Below are positions 29,776 through 39,305 of a stretch of 64,000 bases of DNA, one piece after another. A program made the position numbers and the translations under genes. The notes under the pieces were generated by a model. It was not told the origin of the DNA and made no database searches. It saw only the letters and a list, made by a program, of their open reading frames with translations. Within the stretch, counting starts at the first letter, position 1. The number at the start of each line of letters is the position of its first letter. This stretch comes from Deltaproteobacteria bacterium (GTDB lineage: Bacteria > Desulfobacterota > Desulfobacteria > Desulfobacterales > SG8-13), in contig JBFYWB010000062.1 of NCBI GenBank assembly GCA_041299015.1, positions 9,411-73,410 on the forward strand. Direction: 5' to 3'.

Positions 29776-29891
29776 TGTGACGGGGCTTGCACCGCCCGGC
29801 TGATTGAACGACATTCTATCACACAAGCGTTGAATTTTGTAAAGGATGCCAAGGTCGAGGGCCTTAAGCTGAACCCGCCATTTGAAAAACA

Positions 29892-29920
29892 TTTACAAAC
29901 AAACCGGCATGAATTATGAT
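29892..29920 (+). promoter_or_regulatory. putative sigma-70 promoter upstream of rdgB
   Basis: TTTACA, a 17-nt spacer, then TATGAT, about 200 nt upstream of the rdgB ATG. Confidence 0.45.
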
Positions 29921-30120
29921 TTTTCTTTAATTTAATGAACTTATGTGATCTCAGTCCCAGGCGAATCGGTGCCGCCGTTTTTTTACAGGTGTTGGAATGT
30001 CATCCGACTGAAACCACCCGGTTGTCATTTAGCGCTGGTTTTTTTCTTTTTCAAAGTGTATGCGGTGTACTAAAAGAATCATGTACCAAATTCTACTCAC
30101 CAAAGCGCACCTTTTGATCG

Positions 30121-30762
30121 ATGAAAACGTTCATGAAAGAGGCCATCACTCTGGTCATCGCTACCCGCAATCCGGGAAAAACAGCCGAGATTCGGGAACT
30201 TTTAACGGGATTTCCCCTTCGGGTTGCCGATCTTGCCGATTTCGGCCCGATTCCTGAAGTGGAAGAAGACGGGCGGACTTTCGAGGAAAATGCTTACAGG
30301 AAGGCCAGTTTCACGGCCAGGGTCCTGGGATTGCCGTCCCTGGCCGATGATTCCGGCTTGGCCGTCGCAGCCCTTGACGGTGCACCAGGAGTATATTCCG
30401 CCCGTTTTGCCGGAGAGCAGGCCACCGATGCTGAACGTTGCGCCCGGCTGTTGACGGAGATGGCAGGTAAAACCGATCGCCGGGCTGCCTTTGAATGCGT
30501 CATCTCGATCGCCTTGCCGACAGGGCAGGCCCTGACTTACGAAGCCCGTTGCGAGGGGGTGATTGCCGAAAAACCGGTCGGCCGCGATGGGTTTGGTTAC
30601 GATCCGATTTTCTATTACCCCGGCTTGAAAAAAACCTTTGCCGAATTGACCCGCGCAGAAAAAAGCCGTATCAGCCATCGGGGAAAAGCTCTGGCGGAGC
30701 TGAGGCTCGAAATGGACAAAGTATTGATCTGGATTCGGCAACACATGCCGGTTTTCGAATAA
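30121..30762 (+). CDS. rdgB: non-canonical purine NTP pyrophosphatase (RdgB/HAM1 family)
   Basis: LVIATRNPGKTAEI, SLADDSGL and GFGYDPIF motifs. Confidence 0.93.
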   Translation: MKTFMKEAITLVIATRNPGKTAEIRELLTGFPLRVADLADFGPIPEVEEDGRTFEENAYRKASFTARVLGLPSLADDSGLAVAALDGAPGVYSARFAGEQATDAERCARLLTEMAGKTDRRAAFECVISIALPTGQALTYEARCEGVIAEKPVGRDGFGYDPIFYYPGLKKTFAELTRAEKSRISHRGKALAELRLEMDKVLIWIRQHMPVFE

Positions 30763-30799
30763 TTCCCCTAAAAACCGCATTTGCAGAAGGAGTCGCTCT

Positions 30800-32770
30800 A
30801 TGATGAGGAAGAGGGAAGGAATCGATATCGTCGTTGAAATCGGCGGGATTAAGACCCCGGAGGCCGTTGCGCGTCTGTTCGAAGAGAAACTGGACGCCGA
30901 ACACCTCAAGCGGCTCAAACGGATCGAGCATCCCGAAGTTAAGCAGAAAATCGCCAATGCCATTGCCATGTGCCGGCCGGAGCGCGTGTTCATCAACACG
31001 GGGACAGAATCCGACCGTCAGTTCATCCGGGATCTGGCCCTCGAAACAGGTGAAGAGTCTAAACTGCCCATGCCGGGACACACCATCCACTTCGATCTCA
31101 AAGAGGAGCAGGGGCGGATCATCGATCGGACCTTCTATATTGCCAATCCGGAAGACCTGGTCAGTTCGCTGGCCAATAATATCGACCGGAAAGAGGCCCT
31201 GAAAGACATCCGCGACAAGATGACCGGCATTATGGGCGGCATGACGATGATTGTCGGCTTCTATCTGCGCGGACCGGTCGGTGCGCCGGTCTCGAATCCG
31301 GCGCTCGAGATCACCAGTTCGGCTTATGTCTCACACAGCGCCGAAATTCTCTACCGCAGCGCCTTTGACCATTTCGACGAACAGGTGGAACGTCTCGGGC
31401 ATTTTTATACCAACATCCACAGCCAAGGGTTGAACCGGCCGGAAGACCTGCCGAACGCACGGGTTTACATGGACCGCAGCTATCAGGCCACTTACAGTAT
31501 CAACTGCACCTATGCCGGCAACACCCTGTTGCTCAAAAAGGGAAACCACCGTTTCTCGGTCGACAAGGCGGTTTACGAAAACCGAGGCAATGAACTCACC
31601 GAACACATGTTCATAACCGGAGTCGACGGTCCGGGTGGTCGTATCACCTGGGTTGCCGGGGCCGCTCCCAGCGGGTGTGGTAAAACCACCACCGCCATGG
31701 CCGGGAATCACTTCGTGGGAGATGATTTGGCGCAGATGTGGATCGACGACCGGGGCAGCCTACGCTCCGTCAACCCGGAATGCGGAATTTTCGGGATCGT
31801 CGAGGACGTCAACTGGGACGGTGACCCCATGCTGATGAAGTGCCTCCGCAATCCCGGCACAGAGGTCATCTGGTCCAACGTGTTGATCGATGAAAACGGC
31901 GCACCCCAATGGACCGGCAATGGTGAAACTCCCACCAAGGGGTTTAATTTTCAGGGCCCCTGGGAGCGGGGAATGACCGATAAAAACGGCAAACCGATCC
32001 CTTTGTCGCATCCCAATTCCCGCTGCACGCTGTCCTCATCGGCCTTGGACAATTATTCGGCGGCCGCCGAAGATCCCGCGGGGGTCGAAACGCGTGTGGT
32101 TACTTACAGCGGCCGCGACAGTGATACCATGCCGCCGGTGTGGGTGGCCAAAAATGCCGACCAAGGGGTTGTGATCGGTGCCTGTATCGTTTCAGCCGCG
32201 ACGGCCACGGAAGTAGGTGCCTCCGGTGTCCGAAGGGCCCCGTGGGCCAACGCACCCTTCATACCGGGCTCCCTAAGCGATTACATGGATGCACAGTTTC
32301 GGTTTTTCAGCCATCGGGGTCTCTCCGAGGACAAAAAGCCGATCATGGCCGGATTAAACTATTTTCTGACCGATGCGGCCCGGGGCGGCACATCCAAGAA
32401 ACTGCTCGGTGAAAAACGAGACGTAAAGGTCTGGCTGGCGTGGCTGGACCGAAGGGCGCATCACGAAGTCGAGGCCCTAGATACCCCCGTCGGCTATCTT
32501 CCCAGATACGAGGACCTGAAGAAGTTGTTCAAGGAGATTATCGGCAAGGAATATTCTCAAGATCTCTATGTCAAGCAGTTTTCACTTCACATCGACAAGA
32601 TTCTATCCCGAATCGAACTGCAGATCGAGGCCTACGGCAAGGAGGCGAACCTGCCCCTGCGGCTGTTCGAGGTTTTAAAAGAGCAGCGTACCGGGCTGTT
32701 GGCACTGAAAGAAAAGTATGGTTCCAAGGTCACGCCGGCTGATCTGCTGAAGGCGAACTCGGGCGGTTGA
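30800..32770 (+). CDS. pckG: phosphoenolpyruvate carboxykinase (GTP)
   Basis: ~650 aa with GTP-PEPCK blocks (CRPERVFINTG, AAPSGCGKTT P-loop, NPECGIFG, WVAKNAD). GAAGGAG RBS. Confidence 0.88.
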   Translation: MMRKREGIDIVVEIGGIKTPEAVARLFEEKLDAEHLKRLKRIEHPEVKQKIANAIAMCRPERVFINTGTESDRQFIRDLALETGEESKLPMPGHTIHFDLKEEQGRIIDRTFYIANPEDLVSSLANNIDRKEALKDIRDKMTGIMGGMTMIVGFYLRGPVGAPVSNPALEITSSAYVSHSAEILYRSAFDHFDEQVERLGHFYTNIHSQGLNRPEDLPNARVYMDRSYQATYSINCTYAGNTLLLKKGNHRFSVDKAVYENRGNELTEHMFITGVDGPGGRITWVAGAAPSGCGKTTTAMAGNHFVGDDLAQMWIDDRGSLRSVNPECGIFGIVEDVNWDGDPMLMKCLRNPGTEVIWSNVLIDENGAPQWTGNGETPTKGFNFQGPWERGMTDKNGKPIPLSHPNSRCTLSSSALDNYSAAAEDPAGVETRVVTYSGRDSDTMPPVWVAKNADQGVVIGACIVSAATATEVGASGVRRAPWANAPFIPGSLSDYMDAQFRFFSHRGLSEDKKPIMAGLNYFLTDAARGGTSKKLLGEKRDVKVWLAWLDRRAHHEVEALDTPVGYLPRYEDLKKLFKEIIGKEYSQDLYVKQFSLHIDKILSRIELQIEAYGKEANLPLRLFEVLKEQRTGLLALKEKYGSKVTPADLLKANSGG

Positions 32771-32804
32771 GATACTTCGCAGGTGCAGGGCATGGTGGGC
32801 GGCC

Positions 32805-34064
32805 ATGAAGACCACCCGGGGATTTAAGGGCGGGCGCCTCTATATGGCGAGGGTTGTCTTCAGCCGGCGCATGCTCGTGGCGCTTTTGATGGGGTTTGCC
32901 TGCGGGTTGCCTTTGCTGCTCACCGTGAGTCTTCTGCAGGCCTGGATGAAAGAGGCGGGCGTAGACCTGAGCGTCATCGGTCTGATGGCGCTGGTCGGGC
33001 TTCCCTACACGCTCAAGTTTCTATGGGCCCCTTTCGTGGACCGGTTCACTTTACCTTTCCTCGGCCGCAGGCGGGGCTGGCTGCTGGTCATCCAGTTGGC
33101 CCTTATTAGTGCCATCGTCGGGCTCGCATTGACCGATCCGTTCCTGAATCCCTGGATGGTGGCGGGCACCGCTCTTGTAGTCACTTTTTTCAGTGCCTCC
33201 CAGGATATCGTGGTGGATGCCTACCGACGGGAGGATCTGGCCGATGAGGAACTCGGCCTGGGGGCGTCACTCTACATCAACGGCTATCGGTTGGGTATGC
33301 TCCTGGCTTCGGGCGGCGGCCTGATCATGGCCGACCACATGCCGTTTCCTGCAGTCTACCTCGTCATGGCCGCCTGCCTGCTGCCCGGTGTGGTGACAAC
33401 CCTTATGACACCGGAGCCGGAGACACCGGCCGGAACGCCCGCAAGCCTCAGGGAGGCTGCTTTCGAACCCTTGACTGAATACTTCAGCCGCAGCGGCGCC
33501 CTGTGGATGCTCGGCTTTATTCTGCTTTACAAGATCGGTGACTCGATGGCCACCGCCATGACGACCCCCTTTTACCTGGATCTTGGCTTCTCAAAGTCTG
33601 AAATCGGTGCGGTCGTCAAACTCTTCGGATTTTGGGCGACCGTCGCCGGAAGTGTCACCGGCGGCGTCTTGATGATCCGCGTCGGCATCCACCGAAGTCT
33701 GTGGATTTTCGGTTTTCTGCAAGCGGTGTCCACCGGCTGCTTTGCCCTACTGGCCCGCATGGGGCACAGCCTGCCCTGGCTCGCCGGGGTGGTGACCTTC
33801 GAAAACCTGAGCAGCGGCATGGGGACGGCCGCCTTCGTTGCCTTCATGGCCAACATCACCAACAAGAAGTTTACGGCGACCCAGTATGCCCTGCTGTCGA
33901 GCTTGATGGGCGTACCCCGCGTCATGGCCGCTGCGCCGACCGGTTTTTTGGCCAAGTTTCTCGGATGGGAATCCTTTTTTGTTTTCTGTACGCTGATCGC
34001 TGTTCCTGGGATGCTCCTCTTGCTGAAATTTACTCCCGGCAGCGCCGGCCACGATGAGATATAA
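32805..34064 (+). CDS. ampG: AmpG-family muropeptide/MFS permease
   Basis: 12-TM MFS with AmpG-type blocks (LGFACGLPLLLT, LKFLWAPFVDR, GRRRGWLL). An alternative ATG lies at 32844. Confidence 0.85.
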   Translation: MKTTRGFKGGRLYMARVVFSRRMLVALLMGFACGLPLLLTVSLLQAWMKEAGVDLSVIGLMALVGLPYTLKFLWAPFVDRFTLPFLGRRRGWLLVIQLALISAIVGLALTDPFLNPWMVAGTALVVTFFSASQDIVVDAYRREDLADEELGLGASLYINGYRLGMLLASGGGLIMADHMPFPAVYLVMAACLLPGVVTTLMTPEPETPAGTPASLREAAFEPLTEYFSRSGALWMLGFILLYKIGDSMATAMTTPFYLDLGFSKSEIGAVVKLFGFWATVAGSVTGGVLMIRVGIHRSLWIFGFLQAVSTGCFALLARMGHSLPWLAGVVTFENLSSGMGTAAFVAFMANITNKKFTATQYALLSSLMGVPRVMAAAPTGFLAKFLGWESFFVFCTLIAVPGMLLLLKFTPGSAGHDEI

Positions 34065-34072
34065 AAAATACC

Positions 34073-35809
34073 ATGCAAGGCACTTCAGACATGAAAATAC
34101 GGGACCGGATTGCGGATCTGAACCGTCGGAGAAAAGAACTGCTGGCATTGCCGCCCGAAAAAACGATGCAGCGAATTCTCGACTCGGCTCATCCGGCTGC
34201 CCTGGTTCACTCTTTTGCGGAGCAGGATCTCTATTTCCTGATTCACGACATCGGACCCGAAGATGCGCTGCCGCTGTTGGCATTGGCCTCCGACCGGCAG
34301 TGGGAATACATTCTGGACATAGCGACCTGGCACCGTGACCGTCTCGATCCTTCGGCACTGACCCGGTGGTTCGATATGCTCTACCGGGCCGACACCCGGC
34401 GAATGGTGAAATGGCTGACCGAACAACAAACCGCGCTGGTGAGGCTGTATCTCTTTAAGAACATCGAGGTGAGGGTCTGCGAGCACGATCAAGATCCGTC
34501 GGATTTTGGTGAAGACTTCTTTACGCTCGACAGCGTCTTCTACGTCCGGATCGCCGGTCCGCTCTTCGCTTCCGAATCGGAGCTGGGCGACATAGAGAAA
34601 AATACCTACCGTGATTTCCTGACGAATCTGATCCAAAGTTTAGCGGGTTTCGACCACAGTGCCTACCAAATGCTTCTGCTGGAGGCTGTCCATGTCATGC
34701 CGGCCGAAAGCGAGGAGGAGGTCTACCGGCTGCGAAACGTCAGATTGGCCGAGAAAGGCTTCCTTCCCTTCGAAGAGGCCGTCGGTGTCTACCAACCCCT
34801 CACTCGGCAGCTTACCGGACGAAACCGTAAGCTCCTGACCCCAACGGGGGCCGGGACAGGTCTACCAGTTCCTCTCTACCCGTCGGCAGTGCTCGAGAGC
34901 GGCAGCCTCTTTGCCGGCGCGCTGGACAAAATCACAACCCAGGCTGTTTTGGAGCTGCTGCAAACCGAATTTGCCGGTCTCTGCAATCGGATCATCGCGG
35001 CCGATTTCGCTCCGGTTAACAGCAAAGACGACTTGCGGGCGGTGGTGCGAAAAGCCAGCGGCTTCCTTTCAATTGGCCTGGAGACACTAGCGGCCGAAAC
35101 GGATGCGCACGGCCTTTCGATCAGCGATTTATCGGTGGTGTTGATTCAACGTCATCCGTTATCCGATGTCTTCAGGGTCGGTTATGGGCGGGCGCTTGAT
35201 TTGAAATGGCGTGCACAGCGATGGCTGGATCGCTCCTGGTTTGCCGGCCAGGGGCTCTCTTTGACATTTTGGGGTGAAAATTGGCTTGGGGTTCTGGGGG
35301 GGGTGCTGGTCAAGAAGCCGATGTTCTTCGATAATTATGCATCCGGCCGCATGTACCGGAATTTCAGCACCCTCGACGAACTGCGGCAGACAGCTGCCGC
35401 GCTGGACAGCGTCATTGCCTGCGACCAACTTTTCGCACTGCTCAAGGTTCCGCCAGAATTGCTGTCCGCACGCCGGTTTCTAACCTATAAAAACCTCGTG
35501 CTGACCCTTTGGGCGCTTGACCAGGTCGGTTGCGACAAAAAGGATCGGTTTCTGACCGGCACCGAGTTTAGGCTGTTGTTTGAAAAACTCTGGCAGGGCA
35601 ATGACCGGCCACGCCGTGTCGCTCTGGTCATGAAGCAATCCTTCCTATCGTGGCTCTGCGGGCAGTCCGGACTGCGTGACCACGAGATCACCGCTCGGCT
35701 TGGGCCTGTGCTGGAGGGCTTGTTCTCGGAAATCGAAGAGGAGTACGGCCGGGTTGACGCAACGGATCTCGACCCCAGGTTTATTCACCTCTTTCTCATA
35801 GAGCACTGA
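34073..35809 (+). CDS. conserved hypothetical protein (578 aa, no motif I can assign; possibly a DUF6178-type family)
   Basis: Long ORF with coding-like composition. ATG lies 9 nt after the ampG stop. No TM segments and no catalytic signature recognised. Confidence 0.6.
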   Translation: MQGTSDMKIRDRIADLNRRRKELLALPPEKTMQRILDSAHPAALVHSFAEQDLYFLIHDIGPEDALPLLALASDRQWEYILDIATWHRDRLDPSALTRWFDMLYRADTRRMVKWLTEQQTALVRLYLFKNIEVRVCEHDQDPSDFGEDFFTLDSVFYVRIAGPLFASESELGDIEKNTYRDFLTNLIQSLAGFDHSAYQMLLLEAVHVMPAESEEEVYRLRNVRLAEKGFLPFEEAVGVYQPLTRQLTGRNRKLLTPTGAGTGLPVPLYPSAVLESGSLFAGALDKITTQAVLELLQTEFAGLCNRIIAADFAPVNSKDDLRAVVRKASGFLSIGLETLAAETDAHGLSISDLSVVLIQRHPLSDVFRVGYGRALDLKWRAQRWLDRSWFAGQGLSLTFWGENWLGVLGGVLVKKPMFFDNYASGRMYRNFSTLDELRQTAAALDSVIACDQLFALLKVPPELLSARRFLTYKNLVLTLWALDQVGCDKKDRFLTGTEFRLLFEKLWQGNDRPRRVALVMKQSFLSWLCGQSGLRDHEITARLGPVLEGLFSEIEEEYGRVDATDLDPRFIHLFLIEH

Positions 35810-35889
35810 TTGGCACGTGTTTCCGGTCAAGACCAAGGGCGCCGGTTTATTCGCGCAAGCATGCTCAGCGGATCTTGAAACCATAATTT

Positions 35890-37449
35890 TCAAAGCTCAG
35901 CGGGCAAACGAACGGACGGAAAACGATTTCGATCGGTATGGGGAAGGAACTTGGCCGCCGAAAAGCGGTTCATGAAATCCTGGTTGACGTTGAGTTCGAG
36001 GTAGGTGATGCGGTCCCGGATCCGGTCGACTTCTTCCATGCGGCGATCGGATGTCAGCAGCAAGGTGGCGCCGCCGAGGGAACTGTTTCCCAATCGCTTG
36101 AAAGCCTCAAGCGGAAGGTCCGGCAGCATACCGATGCTGATGGCCGAGGCCGGCTGTATAAAGGTGCCGAATGTACCGGCGACATAAAATGTTTCTATGT
36201 CTTCCAACCGGATGCCAACCGTTCCCGTGATGGTTTCCAAAATCGTGTACATGGCGGCCTTGGAGCGGATGAGGCTGTCGAGATCCGCTTGGCTTATGGT
36301 CAGGGCCTTGCCGGTGGCGGAGTCGGCGGCGGCCACAACGATCAGGTGCTCGGTGCCCTCGATTTCAATCAGTCGATCGCCGCACGCCTGCGGTCGAAAC
36401 CGGGCGCGAAGATCGATCAAACCGCCGAGAAAGAGTTGAGCGGCGAGGTCGACCAGTCCCGATCCGCAAATGCCGTGCGGTGGCTGATCCGCGATGGTGT
36501 GAATCTCGAATCGGTTTGCAGTGCGATCCAAGCGCACCCGATCGATGACGCCGGGAGCGGCCAGGGTGCCCATGCGGGTAACCCCGCCTTCCAGAGCCGG
36601 ACCGGCGGCACCCGCACAGGCGATCAACCACTGGCTGTTGCCGAGCACCACCTCGGCATTGGTGCCGACATCGATCAGCAAGGCCGGTTCATCCGCGCGG
36701 TGGAGACCCGCGTAGAGAATTCCGGCGATCACATCACCGCCGAAGTAGCTGCCGATATTCGGAAAGATGAACGCCCTGGCCTGCGGATTAATTTTGAGAC
36801 CGAGAGAGGCGGCCCGGATCAGCCCGGGACGGTTGGTGACCGGAATATAAGGCTCGCGTATCATCCAGTGCGGACTGAGTCCCAGCAGCAAGTGCGTCAT
36901 GGCCGTGTTGCCGGCCACGGCGACCAGGAGGATGTCTTCCGGCAGTCTTGAGCAGGAAGGGCAGAGTGCGATGATCTGCCGGTTGAGTGTCTCACAGATC
37001 AGGTGCTGCAGGTGCTGCAGGCCGCCCGGTCGATCGGCGAAATGGATACGCGTGAGGATGTCGAGCCCGATGTCGATTTGGGGGTTGTCGAAAGTCGATT
37101 CGCCCAGCAGTGTGCCGCTGAGAAGGTCCACCATCCGCAGTACCACCCGGGTCGTGCCCAGATCGACGGCCAGACCTGCGGGTGGATTTTTACGGTTTAG
37201 GGATTGCAGGCCGACCAAAACCCAATGATCGTGGTCCTTGAAGAGCGTGCAGCAAACCTGGGAGCCTTCCTGTCGCAGCAGAAAAGGGAGCCGCTGCAGC
37301 AGTTCCAGATCGATTGTCAAATCAAGCCGCGGGGTTGCCAAATGGTTTTTCAGTGCCTCGATCAGACGATCGGCGTCGGCCGTGTTGTTCTGCAGGCTCG
37401 GGGAGGGGATTGCCAGGATCTTGACCCAGCTTTCTTCACGCTGATCCAT
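35890..37449 (-). CDS. ASKHA-fold ATP-binding protein of the DUF4445 / RACo C-terminal type, lacking an N-terminal [2Fe-2S] domain
   Basis: Motifs GLAVDLGTTRVVL, AGNTAMTHLLLG, IDVGTNAEVVLG, GAAGPALEGG, GICGSGLVD and VAGTFGTF. Start set at ATG 37449 (MDQREESW), because the upstream part of the 671-aa ORF overlaps the sirtuin gene and is Arg/Pro-rich. Confidence 0.8.
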   Translation of the reverse strand: MDQREESWVKILAIPSPSLQNNTADADRLIEALKNHLATPRLDLTIDLELLQRLPFLLRQEGSQVCCTLFKDHDHWVLVGLQSLNRKNPPAGLAVDLGTTRVVLRMVDLLSGTLLGESTFDNPQIDIGLDILTRIHFADRPGGLQHLQHLICETLNRQIIALCPSCSRLPEDILLVAVAGNTAMTHLLLGLSPHWMIREPYIPVTNRPGLIRAASLGLKINPQARAFIFPNIGSYFGGDVIAGILYAGLHRADEPALLIDVGTNAEVVLGNSQWLIACAGAAGPALEGGVTRMGTLAAPGVIDRVRLDRTANRFEIHTIADQPPHGICGSGLVDLAAQLFLGGLIDLRARFRPQACGDRLIEIEGTEHLIVVAAADSATGKALTISQADLDSLIRSKAAMYTILETITGTVGIRLEDIETFYVAGTFGTFIQPASAISIGMLPDLPLEAFKRLGNSSLGGATLLLTSDRRMEEVDRIRDRITYLELNVNQDFMNRFSAAKFLPHTDRNRFPSVRLPAEL

Positions 37450-37529
37450 CGGTTTTTTTCTTGGTTGGTGGCAGGGTGTTTTAGTCCTATCGTGCGGCGA
37501 GACCGCGGTGTGCGCGTCAGCCGGCGCCC

Positions 37530-38348
37530 TCAGCCCTGACTTATTCGACGCTCCACTTCCGCTACGATACGGCGCATCACTTCTCCAGCTTTGCCTGCGA
37601 TCAAATAATCGCTGACGCCGTGCGTCAGCGGGGTCGGCTCGGTGTTGATTTCGATCACCCGGGTGCCCGACTGCTTGGAGATAACCGGTATGGTCGCCGC
37701 CGGATGCACCATTGCCGAGGTGCCGATAACCAACATGACATCGCACTGCATCGCGAGAATCTGGGAGCGGTTGAGATGCCGGGGCGGGATCTGTTCGCCG
37801 AAAAAAACACATTCGGGCCGTAGGACACCGCCGCAGCCGCACCGTGGGGGAAGCCGGTCCATCGCGACGGCGCGGGTCGGGCAGCGCCGGCCGCAGTCGA
37901 GGCAAGCCTGCCAGGCGAAATTGCCGTGAAACTCGATAACGTCGGTGCTGCCGGCAGCCTGGTGCAGTCCATCGACATTCTGCGTGATGATCGTCTTGAT
38001 GATTCCCAGTCCTTCCAGGCGCGCAAGGGCCTTGTGGGCATCGTTTGGCTGCGCTTGATCGACCACGTCTTTCATGCCGCGGATGAGAACATCCCAGACC
38101 TTGGCCGGATTGGCCATGAAAGCATCGATATGGGCATATTCCATCGGGTCGATTTTTTCCCAGATGCCGCCCTTACCCCTGAAGGGGGGAATTCCGCTTT
38201 CCACTGAAATGCCTGCCCCGGTCAAGGCGATCACATATTTTGCCGAAGCCAGATCCCCGGCCGCTTTTCTGATCAACTCATCCATGGCTTTTTGATCCGC
38301 GTGACAGTCGTTTAACCAATTCCGGGCATCGGTGGCCACGGCGAACAC
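37530..38348 (-). CDS. cobB: NAD-dependent protein deacylase (Sir2/CobB family)
   Basis: GAGISVESGIPPFRG, QNVDGLH and a Zn ribbon (CLDCGRRC...CGCGG). The GTG at 38348 may not be the real start; an ATG at 38285 (MDELIRK) gives ~250 aa. Confidence 0.9.
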   Translation of the reverse strand: MFAVATDARNWLNDCHADQKAMDELIRKAAGDLASAKYVIALTGAGISVESGIPPFRGKGGIWEKIDPMEYAHIDAFMANPAKVWDVLIRGMKDVVDQAQPNDAHKALARLEGLGIIKTIITQNVDGLHQAAGSTDVIEFHGNFAWQACLDCGRRCPTRAVAMDRLPPRCGCGGVLRPECVFFGEQIPPRHLNRSQILAMQCDVMLVIGTSAMVHPAATIPVISKQSGTRVIEINTEPTPLTHGVSDYLIAGKAGEVMRRIVAEVERRISQG

Positions 38349-38417
38349 GGTCGCCGTTTTTCTTCAGCCCGTATCGGAAGGCCGGGAAGAGATCGCTTCA
38401 ATTTGCCCGCGCTTGGG

Positions 38418-39257
38418 TCAGAGCTCGAATTTCGCGTTGCACCGCACCCCGAAACACCTCAGATGGTGGCCCGCCGCAACGATCCGCCTGCGGCAATCGG
38501 CGACGATTTTGTCCATGGCTCGATCGGTGCGGTCTTGGTTGAGGTGGAACAGGCCGAGCTGTTTGACACCGGCTTCGATCGCCAAGCGAAGAACGTCGGT
38601 GTACACCGAGTGGCCCCACTCGATGAAAGTGGCATACTCGGACGGGGTGTACTCGGCGTCGTGGAACAAGAGGTCGGCCGACTCCGAAAATTCTACATAG
38701 TCTCTATACGCACGGCCACCGCGGTGAATGTATCCCAGTTCATTGTCGGTTAGAAAAACAAAGGTCTTGCCATTTTCGATAAACTTGTATCCGCTGCCGC
38801 TGTTGGGGTGGCTGAGTGGAATGGGGACCACCTTCACCGATCCGATTTCGAAATCGACCGGGCATGCATCTTCGTAGTGCATACTGGCCGATATATCGGA
38901 GTACTTTAGAGGAAAATTAGGCGGCGCCATGACTTTGGACAGAATTGTTTCCACGAACTTGCTGTGAAAGGGGCAGCGGTGCATACGAAATTCGGAGTCT
39001 TTGGAGTAGAGCGGTTTGAAGTAAGGAAATCCCATGACGTGATCCCAGTGGGCATGGGTGAAGATGAAATGGAACTTTTGACGTTTTTCTCTGATGAGCT
39101 GATTACCGAGACGGCGGATGCCCGTTCCGGCATCGATGATGATAATATCGCCGCTCAGCGTTCGGATTTCGAGGCAGGTAGTGTCTCCGCCGTACTTGAG
39201 GTAGGTTTTCCCGGAAACGGGTATCGATCCGCGGGATCCCCAGCATTTGATGATCAT
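38418..39257 (-). CDS. MBL-fold metallo-hydrolase (Lactamase_B_2 type)
   Basis: HxHxDH motif (FTHAHWDHVMG) and downstream His/Asp ligands (LSHPN, FHDAEY, WGHS). Confidence 0.85.
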   Translation of the reverse strand: MIIKCWGSRGSIPVSGKTYLKYGGDTTCLEIRTLSGDIIIIDAGTGIRRLGNQLIREKRQKFHFIFTHAHWDHVMGFPYFKPLYSKDSEFRMHRCPFHSKFVETILSKVMAPPNFPLKYSDISASMHYEDACPVDFEIGSVKVVPIPLSHPNSGSGYKFIENGKTFVFLTDNELGYIHRGGRAYRDYVEFSESADLLFHDAEYTPSEYATFIEWGHSVYTDVLRLAIEAGVKQLGLFHLNQDRTDRAMDKIVADCRRRIVAAGHHLRCFGVRCNAKFEL

Positions 39258-39305
39258 CGTTTTGCTCCGACCGCCTTCGCAAAATTCTTGTTTTGGGTGG
39301 CGCCC

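Noticed and set aside
37450-37905. N-terminal 152-aa extension of the ASKHA ORF (track ORF 35890..37905)
   Set aside because: It overlaps the 3' end of the sirtuin gene in another frame and is Arg/Pro-rich. The conserved protein starts cleanly at ATG 37449.
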